Positions 1-10,851 of a stretch of 64,000 nucleotides of DNA are shown one piece after another. The stretch comes from Xylographa opegraphella (lineage: Eukaryota). Made by a program: the position numbers and the translations under genes. The stretch covers positions 62,001-126,000 of the forward strand of contig JALDZX010000027.1 in the NCBI GenBank assembly GCA_022813865.1, in the 5' to 3' direction. The notes under the pieces were generated by a model. It had not been told where the DNA came from. It saw only the letters and a list, made by a program, of their open reading frames with translations, and did not search any database. Positions within the stretch are counted from its first letter, which is position 1; each line of letters begins with the position of its first letter.

Positions 1-1029
1 GAAGACAAAGAGTACTTTAACGTTGAATCAATTTTGATATATGATCCATCTACCAGTACTGACATTGTGCAAGAACAAGGTGATTTACTATTTCTTTAGC
101 TACAGGGCTGCGTGCTGACAGCTTGAAGTCCCTGCAGTGGCTTTTCTGGATTATTGGGCTCCAGTATTCTCGCTGAATGCCTCCTACACAGAGCACCTCC
201 ACCAGATGGATGCAAGATGTGGATACACTGCGTATCAAAACGAGTATCTTGCTTACCCTCCTGCTGGCATACTACCAACCCCTCCCATGAAAGAGGACTG
301 CGACGTCTGGGATGCTATTCTCAATGCTGCACTTGAGATTAATCCTTGCTTTGACATCTACCAGATCCTGACAACCTGCCCACTTCTGTGGGATGTGCTA
401 GGCTTTCCTGGATCTTTTGATTACTCTCCGCCCGGAGCCTCGATCTACTTCAATAGGAGTGATGTGCAGAAGGCCATCAATGCACCTCCGACCAATTGGA
501 TGGAATGCACCAACAAGCACGTCTTCGTTCACAACACTGACCACTCTCCTCCAAGCGGCTTGTCAGTTTTACCCAGCGTTATTGAACGGACAAACAAAAC
601 GATCATTGGTCACGGCGCGCTTGACTATATTCTCATTGCGAACGGAACTCTCCTCATGATCCAAAACATGACTTGGAACGGCAAACAAGGCTTCCAAAAA
701 GCGCCTTCAGCTGAATTCTTTGTACCGTATCACATTGATTATAATGAAGATCAAACCTTAGCCGGTGCCGGAGTGTTTGGCACAACCCACACTGAGAGAG
801 GCCTGACATTTGTGGAAGTTAGCTTGAGTGGTCATAGTGAGTGCTTGGCGCGAAAACCTGGTGAATGGCAACTAATTCGAATGCAGTGATTCCCCAGTAT
901 GCACCGTCCGCTTCATATCGAACAGTCGAGTTCTTGCTTGGGAGAATAAGCAGCTTGACGGAGAGAGGCGATTTTACTACACAAACAGGAAATTTCACAA
1001 AGCGATCCACGGGATCGATGGTTATGTAA
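1..1029 (+). CDS. Serine carboxypeptidase (peptidase S10), 3' part; 5' end lies outside the window
   Basis: Motifs IIGHGALDYIL and HTERGLTFVEVSLSGH|MIPQY (catalytic His). Introns ~80-128 and 837-886. Stop TAA at 1027-1029. Confidence 0.88.
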
Positions 1030-1326
1030 ATAATGATTTGAAGGCTTCAATTAGTTTAGACACAATAACGCAATGACTGTGGAACCAACTTCTTGAGGTC
1101 GGGTCGAAGGCAGACTCTCTAGACTAAAGGGACAGAATCGCCTGCATGATGTACCTTCATAATAAGGTACCATTCGCTTCTTATGTACGCACGATATTGT
1201 CCCAAAACCCTAAGTGCACACCCACAACAGCATGACATCATGTCCGGAGTGCCGATGTGACCTCAATACCGAGATATATTCGCTCACACAATATTTGCCA
1301 TTACCTCGTGTATAGTCCCAACAATT

Positions 1327-2045
1327 ATGTCTGCAGAATACGAAGGCCAAGATCCTCTGGAGATTGCCAAGAAGGCAGAGAGGGATCTGAACTCGCACGA
1401 AGCAAAGCACGGGCATGGGGGCAGTCAGAGTGGTAGGTTTGCTTTTCGCGCTGAATAGCTGCTCCATCGATTCACTTGCCATCATACCACGACAACTTTG
1501 TCTTTTCTAGTAACGATGCTACCTCTACAACTCCACGTTTCTTTCACATCGTTACTACAATTCTTCCTGATGATCAAGGTGCTAATTTTCCCTCATTCAT
1601 ATAGTGAACGACTCTGGGGTCGACGAGAATGTTACTTCCAAGTTCCCGGGGAGCACGATAACCACTGGTTCAGCAGCATCGGGCGCTGGAGACAACAGGG
1701 AGATTCCCGTGGAGGAGGGTGGGGATATCAATAAACTTGGACAGTAAGAAGCCACCCGCGAGATTCGATGTGCCATGCGAAGCGTCCATCCCCCTTGCCA
1801 CCAGTAGTACAACTAAGTCAAAACTTGAGCATACTTGTGAAACGTGTACTGATGCCATCGAATGTAGGCCGACCAAGGCGCGAGACTTTGAAGGAGAGGG
1901 AGGTCCCGAGACGAAACAAGCGCTCTACGAGCAGAACAACCCCGGGAACGATGATGCGGGAACGAACTTCAGGGGCCAACCGCAGCAAGAGTTGGCTGAT
2001 CAGAATAACCCGGGAATTGCTGGCGAGGAATATAATGCGAATTAA
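1327..2045 (+). CDS. Small (140 aa) Gly/Glu/Asn-rich hydrophilic protein, 3 exons (1327-1432, 1605-1743, 1868-2045)
   Basis: Spliced frame MSAEYEGQDPLEIAKKAERDLNS...DSGVDENVTSKFPG...PTKARDFEGEGGPETK...YNAN*. Canonical GT..CTAAT/CTGAT..AG introns keep the frame. Confidence 0.8.
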
Positions 2046-3346
2046 GCGATACAATCGGGTTGACGCTACTACTTGTGCATATATGGTCAAAAATCTCTCA
2101 GTGTGAGCTTGATCAGAGAAAGCCCGAATATGATCGTCGATTGCTGAAATTTGGTCAACAAGCTGGCAGAACCAAGCTTCTAGATTTCCAAGATGAAGTG
2201 ACATCCTGCCCAGAGAAATGATCAGAGCCTCTACAATTTTTTTTGGCTCAATGGTCGAAGATCTCCATGAATTGAGTTCCGTTGCGTGTACTTTGAAGTA
2301 TAGTATTTGATTCTCGAGAAGCGGTCTCTGGTTTTCTTTCACCTTTGTGATGTTTGTCCATGTGACACGTGTCCAGATGCTCGACTTCTCACCTTGCCTT
2401 ACAGACAAAGTCTTCGCTCCATCCGCCATCTCAAAAAGTACCTGGACTCTATTGTGCTGGTTTGATCGATCCGTGAATATTGGTAGCCTTCCTTACATGA
2501 CCAACCACTCCGAGTTTTGAGCGCTATTCTCGTCCCCAGGGACTCCCTTCCAGTGTCGTGCCCATATATTGTTCACTCTGTCCATATGTCAACTCTACAT
2601 ATACAGGATGATGGAAGGTTATGGGGAGGGAGCTTTATGCCGCATGTGAGAGTACAGTGGAGAATAATCAACCATTGTGGAGTACTACCCTACTGAGTTG
2701 CTCATCTAATTCTCACTACATGAGTGGAGAAAATCTTAGGCGTGGTGCTGTCTGAACTCGGTGATCGAATAATGCGCAGAATGTCCAAGTCGGAGACGTG
2801 GTGAGTATCTAGGCAAACTTGGTGATAGCGAAGTGTCAGTCGTTATTCCGGATCATTACGGAACTTATTAGAAAAGCAGAAGCTTATCTACTATCCTGTA
2901 GAGTACCTAGAGCCTCTTCTCTGTAACAGTTGTTTAAGGGTGGTCAAGTATGAAAGTTGGATTTCACCAAGAGATATGGACACTGTAGTGTTTCACTAAA
3001 AGCATTGTACGGGGATGCAGATTAGCAACTTGAAGGTCGGGGTATAATATTCTATTGTTAACGAGATACTACGTATATACTCTACTCACTTATTGTCGAA
3101 ACACGCACACACATGCCATGATAGACTTAGTCAAGTATCACACGGACTCATATGGACATAACTAAGGTAGTCGCTGATTGTGAAAACCTTCCGGTCAACG
3201 TTCAGCATAATCTGGACGGCAGAATAGCTAGAGTCACTAAGACTCTTTGTTAGTTTCGCGTACTGCTACTCTCGCTGAATGACTGCATGCAAATAATTTT
3301 GTGCTTTGATTTCACTGTGGTTCTTGAGCTCTTACTATCTTAAGCA

Positions 3347-5457
3347 ATGCAACGTTTCAACTTGCAAAGGCTCAAAGATTCCTTCCAGCGGAAAAGATCT
3401 ACCGAACAAGATGTCTCTGATTCACATTTGCGGAAGCGTATGAGTGGTGGAATGCATCAGAATGAACCTACTCCAGAAAATCTCACCATGTTCCAAGCGT
3501 TTGAGTGGTATGTTCCTGCGGACCAGAACCACTGGCAGCGTCTCCTCTCAGCTCTGCCACAGTTACGAGACATTGGAATATCCAATATGTGGATCCCTCC
3601 GGGGTGCAAAGCCACAAATCCTCAGGACAATGGGTATGGTATTTACGATCTATACGACCTTGGGGAGTTCCATCAGAAAGGCAGCAGACCTACCAAATGG
3701 GGTAGCAAAGAGGATCTGCTACAGATGCTTGCCAAAGCGGAGGAACTGGGGATTGGTATTTACTGGGACACAATTCTGAATCACAAAGCGTCAGCAGATC
3801 ACACAGAAAGATGTATGGCGGTAAAAGTGGATCCGAATGGTCAGATACCACTGCCGTCTTCGTTGCTCTCTGTCACTGGGATCTCGAGAAAAATGGGAAG
3901 CAGCTAACGTTTTCACTACTTCACTCAGATCGGACAAAAGAAATAGCATCACCAGAGGAAATTGAATCATGGATCGGCTTTGACTTCCCTGAACGAGGTA
4001 ATCGTTACAGCTCTCAGAAGTACCACTGGTACCACTTTAACGGGACGGACTACAATTCTCTTGATCATTCATCGGCCATCTACCTCTTGCGAGGTAAGAA
4101 GTGGTCGGAATTCGTTGACAAGGAACACAAGAACTATGACTACTTGATGTTTTCAAATCTCGATCATACACATGGTGAAGTCAAGGAGGATATCAAGCAG
4201 TGGGGTGAATGGCTGGGACACGAACTGATGCTTAAGGGACTGAGACTCGATGGTAAGACATTTACATGTGCAGTTCGCGTCGTTGATCGTGTTTTCTGAC
4301 TGTGTAGCGGTCAAGCATTATTCGGACCGATTTCAGCTTGAGTTCATTGAGCATCTCGAGCGGACTGTTGGTTCAGGATGGTTCTTTGTTGCTGAAGTAT
4401 GGATCTCGTCCATGATGATCTTCTAACTCTTCAAACGCACTTTTAGTTCAATCCGACTGACATTCCTTCCACAGTACTGGCTGTTCTCTGTGAGAGGAAT
4501 GAGAGAATACCTGTCTCGTATGAAGCACAAAGTCTCTCTCTTCGACTCGATCCTTCTCTACAACTTTGCTCAGGTGTCCAAGACCAGAAACGCAGATCTT
4601 CGCAAGATATTCGAAGGCTCACTTGTCCAGATTGAGCCCCATCATGCGGTAGTAAGTCTTCCAACGCAAGCTTTTATCTGGGAAGACCTTTTTGGACTTA
4701 CGGAAGACGGTTCATAGATTGTAAACTGACTCAGAATCGGCAGACTCTTGTAATGTTTGTCCAATATGCCACCTAATCTCCACTGGTTTCCAAATCGGGT
4801 CACTAACCAGTCCAGGAATCATGATACACAACCAACTCAGCCATTAGCCGCACCTTTTGGTTTGTGGTTTAAACCCCTTGCATATGCTCTTATTCTACTC
4901 CGGGAAGATGGCTACCCGTGCGTCTTCTATGGCGACCTCTATGGCATTGCCAGCGACTCTCCACACAATTCACAATTCGAAGCACCATCGTGTAGGGGTA
5001 GGCTTCCGTATTTGTGTCTTGCGAGAAAGCTGTATGCCTACGGTCCTCAAATCAACTACTTTGACGCTTCGAGTTGCATCGGATTTACAAGGCTTGGCAC
5101 TTGGGACAGACCGGATGGGCTGGCTTGTGTCATGGCCAGTGGTAGCCTAGGAAAGAAGAAAATGTTTGTTGGCCGAGAACATGCTGGAAAGATATGGACT
5201 GAGATTCTGGGTTTGGGTATGGGTCGAAGGCAAGGAGTGGAGAAAAAAGTTATCATCGATGGGAAAGGCACTGGAGAGTTCACATGTGGTCCTATGTCTG
5301 TGGCTGTGTGGGTCAGAATGGACGCCCCGAATAGAGAAAAGTTTGATGTGCAATTGTAAGCGATTCCTGCCGGCCTGGTGCTGGTCGCGTCTCTTTTGAC
5401 TTCCTGTCCACTGACATTGGCATCGGGTACTTTAGTGACACGAGAATCTATAATTAG
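3347..5457 (+). CDS. Intracellular alpha-amylase, GH13 subfamily 5 (bacterial-liquefying-like fungal type), multi-exon
   Basis: Motifs TMFQAFEWY, GYGIYDLYDLGEF, ILNHK, LRLD|AVKH (nucleophile), VAE|YW (acid/base), NHDTQ, GYPCVFYGD. No signal peptide. The start could instead be Met at 3440 or later. Last exon ends at TAG 5455-5457. Confidence 0.9.
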
Positions 5458-6224
5458 ATGAAGGCTTTAACTTTGATACACAGCGAGCATCCCCATTCTC
5501 TCATTAATACCATACCAACAATCACTTGGACTTTGTGAACGGCCTGCAATACGAACCAGAAATTCCGAGCAGTAAGTCGAGCCACATAGATCCGGGGTTT
5601 CAGCATGCTGCTCCACCAAGCAGCTGGCTTAAAATATCGCTTCATGAGCTATAGTTGACATTTACTATGTCGGCTGCCACTTCAGGTACAACGTCGAACA
5701 CGGATACTTACTGCAGATTGGGGCAAAGTGGGATTTTCCTTCTTGCCTTATTCCTAACTTTAGAGCCCCTTTTTCTACGATTCTACTTACTTCCATTTGC
5801 GATTGACCACTCAGATAGCTTGATCAGTAGACCGCTTACATCACGATTGAACTCAAGTACTCCTCGGGATGTGCTTATTTACTTTGAGTTCTCTCCTGAA
5901 CGCTTCTGCGTATTCACCACCGAAGTTTGTGCAAGTGCCTTGGCGTGTGTATATATATGAGCATTGCCTCCCATCTTCTTCTGTTCTGTGTTTGGACTTC
6001 TGCAAATTACACTGTACCTACGCTTAGTATCGAAGCTTCGGCGCCGAGAACTCGTGAATACGGTGTTGTTTGCCTTAGTTGCATTACCACTGTAGACTGA
6101 CATTGGTATTGCTTCGCCGTGTCAATTCTCCTACCTTATTGCTTCTTGGTATTCTGAAATCGTTACATTCTCATCAGCACTTGTCTATATAAAAGCTACC
6201 GTCGACTTCTTCATCGCCACTGAA

Positions 6225-7466
6225 ATGTATCATCACGCTCCATTGCCTTCCGACCCTTCCTTCTTTCAGTCCGTGCTCTCTGATAACGAGCCAGAAGATA
6301 CACTTCGATACCGCTGCGCATACCTTGCTCCCGATCCATACACCGGTACCCCTTACCCACACGGCAGCAAGCATTTGGAGAAAATCTGGGAAGGGCCGTC
6401 GGTTAACGATGTCATGACAAAAGTTCGCAACCGGGAGATCATGTTCTGCAACCTCGAGCAGACAACACTTTACCTTGAAAATCTGTTGCAACCATCCAAA
6501 GCAGGCCTCAGAACCATGCCCAAGGAAGAACAAGTACAGATAGACTACGAATGCCGTCAATGTTGCCAAGATATCCCAGAGGATGCAGAAGTGCAAGAAG
6601 CTGTTCGGCGCCTTCAGTCTATCCCCAATCTCCGAAGCTGGGGACCGGGCATCGTCTATAAGGCTTTCGACGACCTGGATCTCGTTCTGTTCGGTGGCGC
6701 CCTTCGAGGATGCTCCAAACTCCGCTGGACAGACACCGAAACATTCAGCAAGAACAACCCCGAGTTGGAGCCAATGAACGGTTACGGCGTGACATGCAAT
6801 TCGCCGATTTCCCCTGGAAGCGTCGCTCTACCGCACGAAGAGGTCAAGCGAATTCCAACTCTACTTTACCCATCATTTGCCTACATCCACCTCAATACGG
6901 CGGAACACTTCCTGCAGCCCATCCAGGCCAGAGACCGTTCACGGTGAGACGAGATGTGGGGAACCTTGCTGCACGAGATGGTGCACGCGTATCTACGCGT
7001 CACGATCACCCCAACGCACCGAGACTTTGAATGGAGTGACCCGCAGCGAAAACACGGACGACATTTCCAGCGCTGTATCAGAGCCATCAATGCTCGGGCC
7101 GACGAATTGGGACTCGGGATTGGAGGAATTTTTCAAGGGGAGTGGGCCGTGAAGGTGGAGGGATGTTGCCTGGATGATTACGGAACAGCGTGGCTGTGTG
7201 AGAAGGAGGAAGAAGATGTGGAGGATGGAGAGTCTTCGCCATCGACGGCGGCATCAAGTTCGTCCTTGGGAGTAGTTGAAGCTTCTTATCAAGAGCGCGC
7301 CAGTGAGTGCCGCCCTGTTTTTCGAGATCTTTCATCGACTGACAATACTTTAGCAGCACCGGTAAACTTTCTCAACAGCACGAAGGATAAGGCGGTCAGT
7401 TTAGTGGAACCCTTGGTCAAGCCAGAAAAGACTTTACTCGACTCTATACACGCCTGCCTCTATTAA
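6225..7466 (+). pseudogene. SprT-like zinc metalloprotease-domain gene interrupted by one in-frame TGA (6945-6947); pseudogene or recoded gene
   Basis: ORFs 6225-6947 and 6954-7466 are in the same frame. AFDDLDLVLFGGAL lies before the stop; WGTLLHEMVHAY...HGRHF (HExxH) lies after it. Confidence 0.7.
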
Positions 7467-9595
7467 GCACTTACCTTCGACGCTTGACAGACTCCCACCG
7501 GTTCCATCAGAGCCAAGATCTTACCCGACCACTCTGGACTCTGCCATGGTCGGATTCGTTGCTTGACGAAGCCTACATATACCTTGATCAACTTTATAGA
7601 CGCCACCGACAAGTGTGAACACATCTCTCGGCACTCCTCAAACGACTTTTTTTTTACCGCTTTTTAAATTACCATTGCAAGACTCTTTGGTGTTCTGATT
7701 TACTTCATACCCACTTACGCCTAGCCCAATATATATATACGACACTTTTCAATGGATCTCCGCCAGCAGCAACAGACTGATATCGACCTCTCCCTCACAG
7801 GTTCAGTCAATACTACAGCCAGAGTCGTTGACCCGGCCGAAGCATACCTTGTCTCACCGCAAACATGTCTACTCAGTCAAGCATGCACCTAGAGCGAGTG
7901 TCGACACATCGAAAACAAAGAGATGGAATCGTTGTATCAAAATCCAGCGCTAATAATGATATTACATGAAAATAAATGCGCATGTAATGGTCCTCGACAC
8001 CTCTGCGACGCCTAATCCGAACATATTCTTGCCACTCTTTGAAGCCTTTCATTAGGAACTTCAGACTATTTACCGGTCCGGAATATACTGTGGCCAGGTT
8101 CATTGATCGACTCCATCCACACTGACAGGCAAGATGAAAAGCCCGCCGGAAGAGAATCCTTACGCTGTCCGGAAGCCTATGAGCGATCTCTGAGGATGTC
8201 TCCCGCAGAACAGGGACGCAGCAGAGAGTCCCACACTTGGCAAAACATGCCTTCACCACTCACCACCACCTTACCACAGTCTACCAAACCTAAAGAGAAC
8301 GCGAACAAAGCAGCAAGTCCCAACGACTCGGCATAGATCCGGAACTTCTGGAATCTACGCGTCACACCAAAGTATGCAGATACTTTACCCCGCCAACTGA
8401 GGTTCATCCTATTACACAACGGTGATCTAGAAGAGGAAGAGGGAATATTCAAGCTAGAGTCTCAGTGACCTGACCGAGAACTAGTGGGACGCTTTATAGG
8501 TGAAATCACGATAGGCATCTTTGCCAGGTGCGAGAACCTCTCATTCAATCCAATATTGCACGACGTGTGAAGCGTTCGGATGGTGTATTGGCTATATTGG
8601 TTTTGCAAGGGGAGCTTGGACGGCAACTGTAATTAAAATCACAGAGCAAATGATCCATGGGCGCTAGTGTCTAACAATCCGCAGGCTTCTCAAGCTCATC
8701 GAGGTGGACTTCCAAAATGGTGCATGGGGATACGGTATACGCTCTGAACCGCAGATTGAGCTCATGGTTGAATACAAAGAAGGAGATCCATCGGTTTGGA
8801 TTGCTGGGAACACAAAAACGTGGAACATTCATTGACCTCGGGAAGCTTTTGTGTGCTGGTCTTCCTTCTGTGGAGTTCGGCAGGGTTGAGAATGAGGGAT
8901 GGAGGAGACAGCAGATCCTCACAGGATTTGTCTTGGTCCGGAGTGGTTGGTTTCGGATGGTGAGTGGGCTGCTATACGGGAATCGTACTCAATTGAGCCC
9001 ATTGCCACCTCAAGTACAAACCGGGTAGTCTACAGGTCAGACTATCTTGAAATACGATTAGTTTACTTCGTTGCGTATGAGAGAATAATTTGCAAGATAA
9101 AGTGCAGCAGTGATGTACAACACCATATCTTTTATCATCCCAAGATATATTCTACGAAAGACCAATTCTACCCGTAACAGTAGGAGTATACCATGAGTGT
9201 CAGCAGTCAGTAAGCTTAGCCGGTGTCATGCCTCACTGATCTACCTTCCCCAGCCTGTGGTAGCAATGTCAAGCTCACTCCTCATGCCAAGTTCTACACT
9301 GCCACCCTGTCTAATGTAACATCACTGCAATATCTTCTCTGTACACGACCACGTCAACAAAACGACCTTGCAATCGACAGTATAATACCATCAACCTTGT
9401 TACCAGACAAGCAAATCGCCATCCAACTCACCCAAGATCCATCCTTAAACACCGGCTATACCCCCCTCCCAACATCCACCCCCCTTTAGCCCTCAACACT
9501 CCCCTCCCCAGATTCGTCTTAGTTTCCCTCGCAGCCTCCACAGAAGCTGGTCGGTACTCGTCATCGGCACTGCGTAGAAGTGCGAACCCCGCCGC

Positions 9596-9793
9596 CGATG
9601 TCCGTCTCGGGAGTCATTCCAGAGGTTGGACTCGAACCAACTTGCAGAGGAGTCCCGTCCTCAACGGAGCAATTAAGGACAATGCTGTCCGACAGGCCGC
9701 CCCCCAGCGATATCCGTCTCGGGAGTCATTCCAGAGGTTGGACTCGAACCAACTTGCAGAGGAGTCCCGTCCTCAACGGAGCAGTTAAGGACA
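9596..9793. repeat. Direct repeat: two 86-bp copies (9596-9681, 9708-9793), period 112 bp, 2 mismatches
   Basis: Direct alignment of tccgtctcgggagtcattccagaggttggactcgaaccaacttgcagaggagtcccgtcctcaacggagca at both positions. Confidence 0.95.
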
Positions 9794-9842
9794 GCCTACG
9801 CTGTGACTGCGGAGTCGAGCTCCGAGTCCACGCTGGAACTTT

Positions 9843-9975
9843 CCTCCTCCTCCCCCTCCTCCCCCCCCTCCTCCTCCTCCTCCTCTTCCTCATCTTCCCC
9901 TTCCTCACCCTCGCCCTCGTCCTCCGCCTCCGTCATCTCCTCATCCTCGTCCCCCTCCTCCGGGACCTCCTCCTC
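9843..9975. repeat. (CCT)n/(GAG)n low-complexity tract encoding poly-Glu on the minus strand
   Basis: Visible cctcctcct runs. The minus frame reads EEEVPEEGDEDEE...EEEEEEEE. Confidence 0.9.
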
Positions 9976-10851
9976 GAACAGTCCATGGACTCTCAAAATG
10001 TCTTGCACATCTTGGTGGTGCATTCTTCGCGATAGCCAGTATCGCCTGCGAGGATAACACGTGGTCAGCTTCAGATGCAATCTCGGAGAGACAAACTTCC
10101 CCAACATCAACGGGACCACAAGGATGAACGTACCACTCGTCGTGGACGAAGTTGCCCCCAGCTCTCCTGGCAGCCTCGCTTGGCTTTAGGCGGCCAGCCA
10201 AACAGTCCAGGTGGTATTTGACCGTATAGTAGTCCTTGGAGGACCCGAATGCGGCGTTGAGCTTGTCGGCTATCTGTCGGAAGCCGAGGACGCCGTGGAT
10301 CTCCAGGCAGATTGCATGGTCGCTTTGGACCGAAGTCCAGAGGTGACGGGTCACCATGGTCAAGACGATGTTGTTGTGGTCTGGAGGTTGAACGTCAGTG
10401 ACCGTGAAGTTATATCTGCTTAGCGGCCGCGCTACGGAGCGTGATGCGTACTTCAATCGTGGGTGTTAAGCACGGCCTATACCAGAAGCAACACCAGACT
10501 TCCGAGTGCTGCATGCCGCACGGACCTACCTTTCACTGCTTGAAATTGAACCACAGGCGGCCGCCGCGGAGGCCAGAGAACGGAGTTGCGAAATCAGTTG
10601 ATTGAAATCAATCATATATACAAGGATTGAGAACTATAGAAGAAACGCCATAAGGCTTTAACGACAGCTGGTTAATTGCAGCATAGTTAAAATATTAAAG
10701 GGGATTTAGCAGATCGGCCCAAGTATGTGTATTCAAAAAAGATTTTTAAATGCTGCCCTTTTCATCTAAAATATATGCCGATTAACGCCTGGCTCAATGC
10801 AATTATACCGGGTAAATATAAAAAAGCAATTATGAATAAGAATGGAAGCAA

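Larger units (their letters stand above)
9562..10456 (-). pseudogene. Probable degenerate orphan gene (globular N-part, acidic tract, duplicated tail) with frameshift(s) and stop
   Basis: Overlapping minus ORFs 9941-10456 and 9796-10119 lie in different frames. Coding-like sequence continues past the TAG into the 112-bp-period repeat. No ATG start for the first ORF. Confidence 0.4.

Noticed and set aside
1818..2429. 203-aa minus-strand ORF
   Set aside because: No recognisable motif, and its 3' part is antisense to the better-supported spliced gene at 1327-2045. It cannot be excluded as an orphan.
4397..4474. Possible stwintron in the amylase (two branch point/acceptor sets)
   Set aside because: Removing the inner segment does not create a new donor. 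One 78-nt intron restores VAE|YW; at most there is an alternative 3' splice site.
6945..6947. Selenocysteine decoding of the SprT TGA
   Set aside because: Sec machinery is not known in Ascomycota, no SECIS was recognised, and the position is not an obvious Cys-equivalent site.
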